NCBI RefSeq assembly: GCF_006345805.1
Contig: NC_043012.1
Location: 45,570,001-45,634,000 of the forward strand
DNA from: Octopus sinensis
Lineage: Eukaryota
Length of the DNA stretch: 64,000 bases
Reading direction: 5' to 3'
Below the pieces are notes generated by a model. It made no database searches, was not told the origin of the DNA, and worked only from the letters and a program-made list of their open reading frames with translations. The first letter of the stretch is position 1, and each line of letters opens with the position of its first letter. This document shows positions 39,440-53,610 of the stretch, in pieces. A program made the position numbers and the translations under genes.

Positions 39440-41698
39440 AATTCCGAATCTGCACTCAGAATTGTTCTAACACGTCAGGATTTTGAGTTATGCGCAAGAT
39501 TATAACTACATTGTCGATTAGATATAGGCCGTATTATAAAATTTGCTAAAATGATAGCGGTTTTAATTAAAAATGAAAGAAATAACAGCAATAAAACAAA
39601 CGATGCGGAAGTTCTTGATTTAGTTTAGCAATAGATGGCGGTGACGTATTGTGTGCAAGCTCTAAATACGTCAGCGCTACCGTCACGTGTGGTCTTGTCC
39701 TGTGTATTTACTGATTTAATTGTGTTAGACCACGAACAGGAGAGTCTGTGTGAATAACCCAGTTACCTATTTTGTTAGTTCCGTTGAAAATTTGCTCCGC
39801 GAGAGAAGCAGAAGATTGCCACCAAATTAAAAACTGCATATAAATATTATTTCGGGCGTAAAATTGGGGACCAAGAGAAGAAGTGGGCGCCTCATATATG
39901 TTGCACTGTGTGTTACTCAGCACTTGCAATGTGGCTGAATGAAAAACGGAAGGGAATGCCTTTTGTTGTACCAATGTTATGGCATGACCCAACCAATCAT
40001 ATCTCTGTTACTTTTGCGTGGCTAATATTAGTGGTTTCTCAAAGAAAACCAAAGCAAAACTTGTTTATGCAGATTGTAAGTCAGATCTAAAACCGGTCCC
40101 ACATGACTTCGGGAACCCTGTTCCAGTTCTTCTCGCACATTATTCTCTTGAAGACCTTGACACGTCGCAGGATGAACCCTCTAATTTTCCTATCGACGAA
40201 GAGTACGTAGTTGATTCTAAGAAAAATGAGCCACATCTGTTTAATCAAAAAGATTTGAACGATTTAGTAAGATTTGAACGATTTAATAAGAAGAAGGCAG
40301 AGGTTTTGGGATCCAGACTACAGCAAAGGAATCTCCTACAACAAGGTACGAAAATTTCCATTTTCTGTTCTCGCCATGAAGGCTTATCTCTCTTTTTCAA
40401 GCAAGAAAATAATGCTTGTTTCTGTACTAATATTTGCGCACTCATGCAAACACTAGGACACCAGCATGTGGCTAACGAAAGGAGATTGCTTACAGACTCA
40501 AGTAAAGTTAACCTCAAAGCTGAGTTGTTACATAATGGTAATGAAAAACTTTCCATTCCTGTGGGTTAGATTGTCGGTATGGAAGAAACTTAAGGATCGA
40601 TAGAACTCATTCTGCAAAGAATTAATTACGCAGTTCATAAGTGAAATATTTGTGGTGATTTAAAGGGGATTTCCCTCGTCCTAGGACTGCTGCTGGGATA
40701 TACCAAAAACATGTGTTTCTTGTGTGTTTGGAACGGCCACGACGACAGCAATCATTACACTGTAAAAGACTAGCCTAAAAGAGATGAGCAGAAAGTTGGT
40801 CGGTACAATGTGCAAGATATGCCACTGGTAGACCGGCAAAAGATCTTCCTTCTACCCCTTCACATAATGGCTCGGCATCATGGACAGCTTCATAAAAACA
40901 ATGACAAATGATGGTTGTCACTTCCAGTACCTAAATGTAAAATTTGGTGCAGAGAAGAGTGACGCAAAAATTGAAAGCATGATTTTCATTGGACCCAAGA
41001 TGATATAAGTGATGTCTGATAGCAAATTCTGAGGTAAACTGAATCCAGTTGAGTTGACGGCAGGGGATTCCTTCGTGTTAGTTGTACAGAACTTTCTTGG
41101 AAATCATAGATTTGAAAGCTATGCTGATTTAATAAACAATATGCTAACAGCGTATGAAAGATGCCGATGTCCCTTAAAATGCACTTCTTTCATTCTCATC
41201 TCGACGTTTTCCCATCGAATCTTAGTGCCGCTAGTGAAGAGCATGGTGAGAGGTTTCGTCAGGACATATCTGAGATGGAAACGAGGTATCAAGGTCGGTT
41301 CAATTCAGACATGATGAGTCACTACTACTGGTTCCTAGAACGGGAGACCAGTACGACTCATAAGTTCAAGAGCAAGGGTCTCAAATATATCTGAGCTGAG
41401 CATATGAAAAATAAATTCCTTAAAATAAATATACTATGTACCATTTTATTATAACTATAATTTGCCATGTACATAAATATGCTATAATAAGTACTAATAT
41501 ATTTATATAATAATTATTTACATTGGACTTAACTATTCCTGATACTAATATAATATTAATATATGATTATGCGAATAACTCAAGACCGTAACATGCTACA
41601 GGAATTCTGAGTTCAGATTCGGAATCAGCGTGCTCGATTTAGTTTGGTACAGCACTATTTGTCTGGGTAGCAAATATTTTCTTGTTATTGCCCATTGA
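39440..41698 (+). mobile_element. Near full-length but disrupted DNA transposon, probably Chapaev3 (CMC superfamily)
   Basis: Frameshifted transposase 39860-41395: VPMLWHDPTNH, DSSKVNLKAELLHNGNEKLSIP, ICGDLK, GYTKNMCFLC, MSLKMHFFHSHLD, SEEHGERF.QDISEMETRYQG. Subterminal inverted repeats attccgaatctg.actcagaatt (about 39442) / aattctgagttcagattcggaat (about 41605). The family name is from recalled motifs and needs a library check. Confidence 0.75.
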
Positions 41699-43256
41699 GT
41701 TGCTGTGTGTGTATAGTAAACTAAAAAATCACTCTTTAGAAAACATTTAGAATTTCAATCAAAATAGGTTGACCATATTCATACAACCATTCTTTAATGA
41801 TTACAAAAGAATAAAAAAAACAAGACCTAGAAATCCAATTTTTACTGAAGAAAGTAAAAAAACAACATCTGGTTTTTCAATTAAAAACATTGACTACTAC
41901 AAAAATTTGACCACATTAATACAAAAACCGCGCCTCTTTACCTCCCCTACATTAATGAATAAAAAAGAATAAAGAAACAAGGTATGGAGATGCAATTGTA
42001 ACTTTTTACCGAAGAAAGTCAAAAAACAACATCTAGTATTTCAATTAAAAACCTTCACCAATTAACATACAAAAAAATATTTTCCCTTTCCCACCCTAAA
42101 TGGTCACCAAGTACTAAACAAACATGGCTGATCATACGAATACAAAAGCTATGCCTCTTTATCTCCCCCTCCTTCACAAACTTTTTTCCTCTTTCTTCAC
42201 CCTTACCTAGCAAACCCTACAATTTTTTTATATATTAAAAGGCCAAGAAATCTAACTTTAGACCACTTTTTGATAAATCTAAAAAAAGAAGAAAGCGCTA
42301 AAAGTATAAATAAAATGCAAATAAAAATACATATAATATTCAAGCATTCTGACTACCATATTCTAAATCTATCTATCTATATATCTACCTATCTATATAC
42401 ATACAAACGTACATACATACATACATACATACATACATACATACATACATACATACATACATACATACATACATACATACATACACAGACACACACAAAT
42501 GTCGCTTAGCATTGCTGGTGATATTGTTCGATCCGGCTTTCTACGTAGCATATTTAGCAGCAGGTATTCACATCATCAAGGAAACATCGACTAGTAGCTG
42601 ATATAAGGTAAATAGTAATTCAAAGGTCCGTGAAGTCGCGATTCACCTACGAAACTGTGGCATTCGTGTTGAGAAAGAAACGCTTTTAGTCTTACGAATA
42701 TCAGTGGTAAGGGAAAGTCACCCAGCATTTGTAATGAAATTGCCCAAGGATCTGAACTTCAGCTCGTTAGCTTCTACGTTAGAGAGATACAGAGAAAGAG
42801 GAGTGACAGCTAGGGGAGAGAGATAGAGGAGGAAGGCATGGAAAGAAGTAGGGAGAGAGCTAGGAAGTGTGAGACGAGTGTAAGAAAGCTTACGAGTAAG
42901 AGATATATACGGGGATATTGCGTGTTTTTGAAGGTATCTGAGTATACGCATAAATGTAGTTATCTATCAAGTATTTCGTTTGATTTTATACTTTGCGCAT
43001 TGACCAAATCATATCCTACTCGCATAAAATCTTTTGATAAATTCCTTTGCACCGAAGTTCGTACGTTCTGTTACCATGTCATTCTGATCGCCGTACATTA
43101 ACATCTGTAAGCGCAATGCCGTTGGCTATGAACTGCGCTGCACAATAATATCTCTCCATAAATATATATATATATATATATTTATTATTATATATACATT
43201 ATACCTGTATGAGTGAGTACATACATATAATATATAGATATATAAATATATATATA

Positions 43257-44490
43257 ACAAAATTAGAGAATGGAGAGACATACTTAAATCAATAAAACAT
43301 CAACTATCCGATGATACCCAATCAATACTTTAATACACCATTACATATGAGTAAAGGCATATACAAAATGAGATATACAGTAATAGTAAAAAGATAAAGA
43401 GATATAAGTAAAAAATTTCAAATATAATATGCAATTAAATCAAACTGACAGCTGTTTCGGCAGTGAGGGCATTCCCATACCTCATTTAACCTCTAAGCCA
43501 TAAAGGCAGGTATAAATGAGGCATTAACAAGGATGCCCCACGGCCTCTTCAGAGAATTAATTAAATTTGTTATAATTGTGAAAATATTATTAACCATATA
43601 CATATAAATATAAAAATATAAAAATGTAAAATATAAAAACTTATACATCATAATGCTACACTATATAATATATACTCATTGGTACAATAAAGGAAGGTAA
43701 ACAGAACAAAATAAACAAAATATATATCAGTGTATATATTAATATTATATAAGTACCGATATTATACATATTTGGCTAATATTTTTTAAAAAACTAACAC
43801 ATAGGGAGATGAAAATAATAATTAAAACCATGGTTCAGTTCATAAAATTCTAAAGCTATGAAAGTTAATAAAATTACTATTAAATATTAATATAATAATA
43901 ATAATAAAAATAATAATAATAATAAAAAGATACAGTTAAGTTTGCACCAAGTCCTCCCTTTCAAGATCGAAATAACTATGAGTTTAGAAATGCTGACCAC
44001 TAGGTAGAAAATTTAGATTAATTCGATTGGCTGTTTTGAAATTTAAATCACAAAGAAAATTATACGTTTGGTTAGTCAAGGAACGCCAATATTCACACAC
44101 GCATCTACAGATCAATCGCACATACACACATAGTTATATGTATATACATACACTTATACACATACATAATCACAAGCAACAACTAGCACATAGATAAACA
44201 AAAAGGGAAGCAACTATGCTACCATTTAGTCCTTCTAAAGTATTGATTGGGTATCATCGGATAGTTGATGTTTTATTGATTTAAGTATGTTTCTCCATTC
44301 TCTAATTTTGTAGTATTAATTTACGGTAATATTATTACCTTTACCCATATAATACAATAGATGAACTGATTGTTTGACAATTTTTAACAACTATGTATTA
44401 ATCTTGTTAGGTACCTATCTGGCAGTATATTGGATATATATTATCCCATGGTGGGTTGAATTTTCAACCCCTATCTCATTTTATAAACTA
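43257..44490 (-). mobile_element. Penelope-like non-coding element with inverted end (76-bp arms 43257-43332 / 44236-44311) and HHR
   Basis: acaaaattagagaatggag...caatacttta is the reverse complement of taaagtattgattggg...ctaattttgt; (TA)n on both sides. Confidence 0.75.
43441..43556 (-). ncRNA. Type I HHR motif with about 87-nt helix II (family H7)
   Basis: Minus strand ct CTGAAGA ggccgtggggcat...atgcctcattta...taaatgaggtat...atgccctcactgcc GAAA CAGCTG TC ag; helix I is weak. Confidence 0.7.
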
Positions 44491-44501
44491 AATATATATA
44501 T

Positions 44502-44537
<36 letters not shown>

Positions 44538-45229
44538 GATATATATATATATATATATGCACTTATACACACAAACATATATGTGAGTATATGTATGTAT
44601 ATAAAATCTCGATTAAAATGAGGAAGACTAAAACCAATGAAAGAAAAAAAAAGAGAAATACGATTTATTGCTCAGCAACCATATATGAAATTGAGTTTTT
44701 TTAATAGTGAAAAGTGCATATGTTATTAATTGTTTATAGTCTCCGCAGTGTTATTTCTTTTGGAATTTATGACTGAGGAGCCTAAGTGGCTGGGATCAAT
44801 AGAAACGGAGAATAATATAGATAGAGTTGTACGACAAAAAAGACAATAGAAATGACGCAGCAAAAGAGGTTATATAAGAGATTCAGGTACGCAGAAGTAG
44901 TATATATTGTCATATTGAGAGGGACAAAGAGACAGAATGAGTACGAGCGAAAGAGAATATAAGCAAATGTGCAAAACAGTGAAGGACAAATAAAATACTT
45001 TTGTACGTAATTGGAAATGATATTTTTCTCCGTAATTGGAAACGATATGTATATTTGTTTTTATGCTTTTCATAATTTTTGAAATCCCCAGAGTGTTCGG
45101 AATGTAAATAGCGTGTATTTATTTCCGTTTTCATCTCAACAAAATAAATTTGAAAAATAATAATAAAGCGTCATTTTATCATGTACTATTTTGTTATTTG
45201 TTTGTCCACACTTATGAGCACAGACAATC

Positions 45230-45273
<44 letters not shown>

Positions 45274-46399
45274 GCATACTCATTTATGCATTTATACATG
45301 TGCACAGTTCCACACGTACATATATTTCCGTGCATAACAGCTTTAGAAAATAATGTAAAAAAATAACAATGAATGAAAGAGACGAATGCAAAATCGAAAA
45401 TTCTCTTAACAAATGCATCAATCAAACAACAAATCTGAGTCGCTTTAGTTTGAAGTGATTTGCTTTTATATTTATTGATCTTTTCGTTGCCATTGTTTTC
45501 CTAGTTTTGAAATTGATGTATTCTGAAATTAAATAGCCAGCTATTGTTGCTTAATTTGATGTACACTACAAACAGAAGTACTCTGCAATTTCTAGTCTGC
45601 ACTCTTCTATAAGATTATGTTTCCAGGAAAATGGATTCGGTTTTATATTGTTCGATTTATCTTTTACTTTTTATATATTTATTTTTTCTTTTATTTTCTA
45701 TTAGAATTTCGACCAATGAGGCTCTGATGATCAGAAGTGATTGACTGAAAGTATGAGAATGTAAGAAATTTAGGGAAGAACACGACGCGTTTCAAGTAAA
45801 ATTTGTAGTGAATAGGTTACTAGATAAAAATGGGGAAGAAATTAAAATGCGATATGGCCCTGAATTTTTATACTTGATTTTGAGAAAATTCTCAGAGAAA
45901 GTTCTAGTTTGCATTTTGCTGCTGTAAACTCTTTTTGTTAAAAAAAAATTTGGCATGCCTTTTCTGATTCCTTACAGACACATCGATGTTTGAAGCAATA
46001 TGTCTCGTTGAAAGCAATTAACAATAACAAATAAATCCTCGAAGATATAAGCCTGGCATATGCTGGGAAGGGTTTGCATATGCATTTAATTCAATATTCG
46101 TGTACTGTGTTATGTTTCTAAATTATAATTATTAGATATTGGTAGCTATATAATACCGGTTCTAGCTTTAGACCTTGAGAACGCAAATATCTGAAAACAG
46201 AGTTTCTACGAATGTATGCATTGAAAGTAACGCATTCTAAATATAATTTGCTTTGATATTTTTGACAAAGGTTAAATAAGAAATGGTAATATAAGGCTGG
46301 GATAAAGATTTTAACCAAACTTTTCAACTGTGTATTCTATGATTTTGGTTTATATATGTTTTGTATATTATGAATTGAGTTAGTAATTAAAGTGATTAA

Positions 46400-47444
46400 A
46401 AAGGCTACGAACTGGCAGAATTGTTAGCATGCCGGGCAAAATAGTTAGCAGTATTTCATACGTCATTATGTTCTGAATTCAAATTTCTCCGGGGTTAACG
46501 TTACCTTTAATCTGTTTTGGGTCGATAAAATAATACCAGTTGAGCACTGAGGTCGATTTAATCCACTCACCCCACTTCACGAAACTGATGGCCTTGTACC
46601 AAAACTTGTAATCAATAATCTTTTCTACTCTAGGCAAAAGGCCCAACATTTTTGGGGAGAGGGCCAGTCGATTAGAACGAGCCCAGTACCCAAGTGGGAC
46701 TTAATTTATCGACCCCGAAAGGCAAAGGCGATCTCGACAAAATTTGAACTCAGACAGTAAAGACAGACAAAATACCTATTTCTTTACTAATCACAGGGGG
46801 ACAAACAGAGGGGACAAACAAGGACAGACAGACGGATTAAGTCGATTATATCGACCCCAGGGCGTAACTGGTACTTACTTTATCGATCCCGAAAGGATGA
46901 AAGGCAAAGGCGACCTCGGCGGAATTTGAACTCAGAACGTAGCGGCAGACGAAATACTGCTAACGTTTCTGCCAGCTGGCCGCCTCGGAGAACGGAATAA
47001 ATAATGCAAAGTATTCTTATCAGGACACGGAGAGCCAATCAAATAATGCAAATTATTTTTTATCCAACGCTCTAATGATTCTTCCAATTTAATACTTTTG
47101 AAATGATTAATAAAAATGCTAATTTATGATATTCGAATAAAGAAAGGACCAGATTTAATGCATTCCATATCTTCAAAAAGTACTCAGAACGTAACGGCAG
47201 ACGAAATATCTATTTCTTTATTACCCACAAGGGGCTAAACACAGAGGGGACAAACAAGGACAGACATAGGTATTAAGTCGATTACATCGACCCCAGTGAG
47301 TAACTGGTACTTAATTTATCGACCCCGAAAGGATGAAAGGCAAAGTCGACCTCGGCGGAATTTGAACTCAGAACGTTGCGACAGACGAAATACCGCTAAG
47401 CATTTCGCATGTCGCGCTAACGTTTCTGCCAGCTCGCCGCCTTA
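46400..47444. mobile_element. Cluster of family A SINEs (46400-46605 plus; 46620-46985 minus, internally duplicated; 47185-47444 minus)
   Basis: Repeated gtcgacctcggcggaatttgaactcagaacg and tcgaccccgaaagg motifs. Confidence 0.85.
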
Positions 47445-48035
47445 CATCTAAAATGAGTAATGGAGCATTTCATAAATACTTCAAATATCTAAATATAAAT
47501 ATGCTACTGCCATTATGATGTATTTATAGCCATTGCCTCACAATCTTGCGTGGAAATGTTATGAAAAAATATAGGAATAAGCGTCCTTTTTTACTAAAAG
47601 TCTTCCGAAGATTCTTCAATAAATAAAACGCAAATACGAAGCACATATTTGGAAATTTTCGTTTTATCTTGTTTTATTAATGACTTTGCTTTTAACTTAG
47701 GTTCAACAAAAGCATTTTCGTATTGTTTTATTAATAACGTTGCTCTCAACTTATGCTCAACAGACGTTTCACTAGAATAGTACAGTTTTTCAGTAATGAT
47801 TACGATTTTGTTTTTCAAAAATAAGGATAGAAGTACAATTTTCAGTAAACGAAATATTTTCTCAAACCATTAGATTTCTGATTGTAACTTACTTCGACAA
47901 TCAAGACCTTTCTAGACATTCTATTTTGTTATCATTAGACAAGCATTTTCGTCGAGTGATGCACCAAACCAGAGGTTTATATTTGGTATTTTGATCGTTC
48001 TTCTCCTGTCTTTCTTTCTTTCTGTTTTTTTTTAA

Positions 48036-48383
48036 TCTTTATACTTGTTTCAGTCATTAGACTGCGACCATCCTGGGGTTACGCCTTGAAGAAGTTTAAT
48101 CGACCACAGTCCTTTTTTTAAAAACCAGGTACTTATTCTGTCGGACACTTTTGTCGAACCGCAGCGTTACGGAGACGAAAACACACCAAAACCGGTCATC
48201 AAACAGTGGTAGGGAACAAACACAGACACCAAGACACACACATATCAGTTTCCCTCTACCAAATCCACTCACAAGGCTTTGTAGGCCCGAGGCTATAGTA
48301 TGAGAAACTTGCCCAAGGTATCAGGCAGTGGGACTGAACCCGGAACCATGTAGGTTAAAAGCAAAATTCTTACCACACAGCCA
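48036..48383 (-). mobile_element. SINE family B (diverged)
   Basis: tacttgtttcagtcatt...accaaatccactcacaaggc...gggactgaacccggaaccatg. Confidence 0.82.
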
Positions 48384-50704
48384 GGTCTGCTCCAATTTAT
48401 CCACAATATCATTACTTTCAAACCATCATTGCAACTTGATTGATTCATAAAATTAACATACATTGAAACAAAAATACATGCACCGACAAAAACTTCGGTA
48501 TTTATATATTTTTTGTGTTCACTGTTAATTCATAACTCTGAAAAATAGTTGTACTAGGTATTGGTTGCTAGAGATACGGAAACCAAATGATAACTAATAT
48601 CGTAGGTATATAACATTAACTATTCTAGTTTTCTTGGAAGCTAAGAGTTTTAACACATGGAAGTTGCCTTTCAAAGAATAAAACAATAAAAATATTGATG
48701 AATATTGTGTTGATGCACCGAGATATAAAATACAATTCATGATTACCGTAAAAGTTATCCCAAATGCTTACAGCATTTTCAGTGATCATGCTTTCTCAAG
48801 ATACAGGTGTATTCACAGCGAACATATTTTAACTGCCAGGAAAGAAATATTACTGGAATTATCCGATGCATTCAACTCTCTCTCTCCCCACCGTGGATAT
48901 ATGTGTGCGTTTGAGAGTATATACATACATACATACATGCATACATACGTACTGGCATACACACTTATGTAAATTGATTACATAGGGTAAGTCAGACATT
49001 AAAGAACTAATATGAGATTCTTTACATTTTTACCTTTAACGCTCCGAAACATTATCCTTCTTCTCGAGACAATCATAGACCATTTATCACATACTATTAT
49101 CTTAAGAGAATGTCGTTCCAATAAATGATAATAATTGATAATCAGCGTTCTCTAAAGAATGCCAGAAAAAGTAATTTGCTTCACGATACATCATTTAAAG
49201 TATATTTCCATTATATCATATGTTCCTTAGCATATAACCGATAGTCACGAGTCATATTTTGACTTATTTTTGGCATATTCAGACTTTTTTCATGCACTAG
49301 AACCTCCCTTTAAGAGCGTTTCTGGAATAATGATACCCTAATCTCAATGATTATCTCCAATGTTTATAGCATAAGCGAGTGAGAATAGCTTCCTGATGTG
49401 AAAAACGAATATTAAGTTACCGTTTCTATTTGGAATTGTGTCTATAAGTTTGGCTTCCATTTTTCTTCTGTGTGAAAGTCCCTTTAACATGAATACAATG
49501 TAGCGACTCCATCGAAGTTAATTATAAATTCAAATTTAGAATATAGTCTTGACGGGTTATAGTTCAAGTTTTATTTGCATATATTCTAGACGCATACAAT
49601 TCAGAAAATATTAAATTCACTTTTAAAAGCACTAATATCATGGAGTATGAATTATATATTTAAATAACCACAGAAGTATAGATTTTCTATCTTCAAAATT
49701 AATTTTTTTATATGCAGTAGCCATTACAACTAATGAAAACGTATACACAACAGACTGAATGAACAAATCTGCCCAGTGTCACTCGATATCCGTAAACCGA
49801 GTCAAGTATCTCTCTAAACATACCATGTAAAGTTTCAAAAAACGAAAGTACATATTGGGTATTGTAATATGAGATAATCTACGAATGAATAGACGAGATG
49901 ATAGCTTGATTTTCATGGGACATGAGCCTGTCTGATCAAGTGTAAACTTGAAATAAATAAAGAGAAATTAGGACTTTTAATTACTCTATGTTTCTTTATT
50001 AAATGGAAAAATTTGGTATGAAATGTTATCATTCTAGTCTTATTTAAGAAATGTCTTGAGTTTCTTTCTAATTTCAGAAAGGACTTCTTTAGAATTTTCT
50101 GATGTTTAGCGTGTGTGTGATTCTATTGATGTAACTTTGAAGTGAGCACATGCATAAGTACGCTGATGATGGTAATCGGAGACAAAATAAATATATATTT
50201 ATCAATACAATGTTTTAAATCTTTAATAGGAAGAGTTATCACGTTTCTGAGTTGTTTATCTTAAAAAATGACTCACATAGTCAGTGAATCTAGAAATATA
50301 ATAAAAATTTATGATATTATATACAACAGGTTTAAAAGTAATTTATAATTTTTTAATCGTATGTGTCTAAAATACTATTAGCTGCACAGTAGAAATTTGA
50401 GCTTCAGAAGACCCAGCACTCAGTTTGTGTCATATATGTAACGTGATCAATTGTAGATAAACGTCTCAGTCTATTTCAGTTCAGATAAAGCTGCGTTAAA
50501 TACTTCAAATTAAGGGAAATAATCTAATGCACCCGAAAATGGTAATTCCACCTCTCAGGAATGAAGATTTTATACAATTTTTCCACTTGATCAGGCGCTT
50601 AACTAATACTTTACCCATCATGGGTTTTAACTTTTATTCTTTTACTTGTTTCGGTCATTTGACTGCAGCTACACTGAAGCACAAACGCGCACACAGATGG
50701 GTAT

Positions 50705-50932
50705 ATATATACACACACATTATTTACAATTGACGGACATTTGTCCTCATCTTGTTTGTTGTTAACACAACGTTACGGCTGATATACTCCCCAACCTTCA
50801 TCAGGTGTATTGGGAAACCTGGGTTCTCTGTTGTTGTTCTTATTAGTATTCAGGTCACTGCTTGGAATTGAACTCGGAATCTTGGGATTAGTAACTCCCG
50901 CTCTTAACCACTACACCATATGTCCGTGGGCA
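50705..50932 (-). mobile_element. tRNA-headed SINE-like element whose 3' half contains an HHR motif (family D)
   Basis: Minus strand: tggtgtagtggttaagagc (A box, about 50900-50918), gagttcaattcc (B box, 50864-75), then acac CTGATGA a-ggttg-gggagtatat-cagcc GTAA CG TT gtgt (about 50765-50808). Confidence 0.72.
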
Positions 50933-51351
50933 CTTATGGAGTGAATTTTACGGCTTATAAATCTAATATCTTCTATCCTTCCTTAATACCGGTTCCCACA
51001 TGCTGTTCATATCTGCACTCGGTCTGCTTAGTAGGTTGTTGTGTCCTAGCATATGTGCTGCTTCTTTTAGTTTTCATATTTTCCAGTGGTGTTCTCTATC
51101 TCTTATTTTAACTTCATCCAACTGGGGTAGGTGGAGTATATTTTTCCATACATGATCAGCCATGCCCGACTTATCAATATCTCGACGTGTCACAGCTTTG
51201 CGATGTTCCTCCACCCTTATTTAGAGGGGACGGCATGTTTCGCCATTGTATAACGTATCACAGCTGCATGGGATGGAGTACACGCAGTTCTTAGTCATAT
51301 TCTCTTCTATTGGTGGTTTTACTATTGGCCGCATATCTTTTGCATCTTTTC

Positions 51352-51509
51352 GGCACAGGCGTGGCTGTGTGGTAATAAGCTTGCTTCCAACCACATGGTT
51401 CCGGGTTCAGTCCCACCGTGTGGCATCTTGGGCAAGTGTCAGCTCCTATAGCTTCGAGCCGACCAAAGCCATGTGAGTGTATTTGGTAGACTGAAAGAAG
51501 CCCGCCGTA

Positions 51510-51563
<54 letters not shown>

Positions 51564-51797
51564 CATGTGTGTAGATATAGATATATGTATGTATGTATAT
51601 ATTTGTGTATCTGTGTTTGTTCCCCACCATCGCTTGACTACCGATGCTGGTGTGTTTACGTCCCAGTAACTTGGTAGTTCGGCAAATGATATCGATGAAA
51701 TAAGTACTGGGCTTACAAAGAATAAGTCATGGGGTATTACTTCTACTTCAGCATGGTCGCAGTCAAATGACTGAAACAAGTAAAAGAATAAAAGAAT
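51352..51797 (+). mobile_element. SINE family B
   Basis: ggcacaggcgtggctgtgtgg...ccgggttcagtccc...actgaaacaagtaaaagaataaaagaat. Confidence 0.88.
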
Positions 51798-52272
51798 ATA
51801 TATTAAATCTCGAATGGAAAGAGGTTGCTTTTTCGCGTGCTTGCATTTTATCTAAGCTTACAACGGTTTAGCTCCATGTCGATTAATATACTTGGAATTT
51901 ATTAATTTACGTTAGTTTTAATGTTAACACTTACGAAGTTCCAGTAGTCGTTATAGATGTTATCAGCCATTCGATATAGGAGAACATAATTTTAATAATA
52001 TAATATAAAAACATGGAGAATTTGAACACAGAAAGAACATTTTATTCATAAAATAATCAATTTCATTTCGATTACGTACGTTTGAAATTCTTAGCTTCAT
52101 TCATATTTTGCTATCAAGATTTTAAAAAGGTAAAAATCACTTCGGGGCAAAAATTGATAAAATTTCATTCCCATCCACTCTCATCTCTCGGGCCCAAGAA
52201 ATAATATATCATATGTATGTGTGAATGTGTGGACACGTTTTTGTAAATGCTACAGTACATACATATGTGCGT

Positions 52273-52362
<90 letters not shown>

Positions 52363-53501
52363 ATACACACACATATATATATAACAAGTAAAATCAACTA
52401 CATTAGAGAAACAAAAGAATATTAGGAAAAAGTGCAATTGGACCATGCTTGGAATACTAGGGATACAGCAACAAGGTTGGTAGGAGTGGAAAGAAATCCA
52501 CCAGATTTATATCACTGGGTAACTAAAACCGGGAACCTGTGCGGTTGTGTGCGCTAGTCTGTCTGTGTGTATGTATATACGGTTTTGTGCATATTATATA
52601 TTTATGTTCTCTATATTGTATATATGTGCATCTGTGTGCCTGTGTGAGTATATGGATACTACATACTTAACGCATATGAGTGACAGTATACTATATAATC
52701 ACACACATCCATATTTACGCCTGCGTAAAACTGAATAATGGCAGGTGTCAGCAAACTATATACTTTGCTCTGTATCACACTACACGGGGCAGTGTATGTC
52801 ATCAGGTTGAAGATATACGCCACTATAAATGAGAGTAACTAGTGATAATGTATCTAATTCTTGAAAATTAAGGAATCTGTCCGCAGTGTTCTTTCACACT
52901 AATTCAAAATGTCACGAAGTGAGTCCTTACAATATTCTTCTGACGAATATACATATTGCGTGTCTTAAAGTAATTTATTTCCTCCAATTTTCTTTAGGTG
53001 CCATCACAAAAGTTAACTAGACACGTCCAACTTCTTATTTCAAGTTAATATTTCCGTATATCAGCAATTTCATTAAAATATCCTCTCCAGTCTTGCCTGA
53101 TACAATTTGTAGACAATAGTTAATAATTGTCCATGGCTTTAACTGTTAGATATTGAACAATTTATCAATTACGTACATATGAATACAAAGACCCACACAT
53201 AGCGACGAATAAACCTTCACACTCAAGCATGCAATGAGACACATAAGCATATATTTGTACACACACAAATGCAGACACTCACACATGCACACACACACAC
53301 ACACACACAGAACATAATTTGAGCGACTAAGATTAGTCGACTGGTGTGCGTGCGTCGTTGACAGGCCTCTATCATTAAATAAAGTGTTAAGCACTTACTG
53401 TATGCAAATTAGTAGCTCCTGTTCCCTCTAGCTACGGGACTTGTTCGGTATATTTAAAGATTAGTTGCTTGTCATCCCGTATTGGTCAAATTGATTTAAA
53501 C

Positions 53502-53546
53502 ACCTCTGATGAGATCTGCCATAAGGTTCGAAAAAACGATTAAGGT
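53502..53546 (+). ncRNA. Degenerate type I HHR motif
   Basis: ACCT CTGATGA gatct-gccata-aggttc GAAA aaacgat TA AGGT. Confidence 0.45.
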
Positions 53547-53567
53547 AGTTCGTCATGTTTTTTTCAG

Positions 53568-53610
<43 letters not shown>

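Noticed and set aside
41760-42340. A-rich segment with an about 50-bp internal direct repeat (about 41840 and 42005), ORF 41769-41972
   Set aside because: No recognisable motif; probably an old retroelement remnant but not classifiable by eye.
45724-45760. CTGATGA…GAAA pair
   Set aside because: No helix I and no palindromic or paired helix III.
52765-52812. Minus-strand CTGATGA followed by a hairpin
   Set aside because: No GAAA box follows the hairpin.
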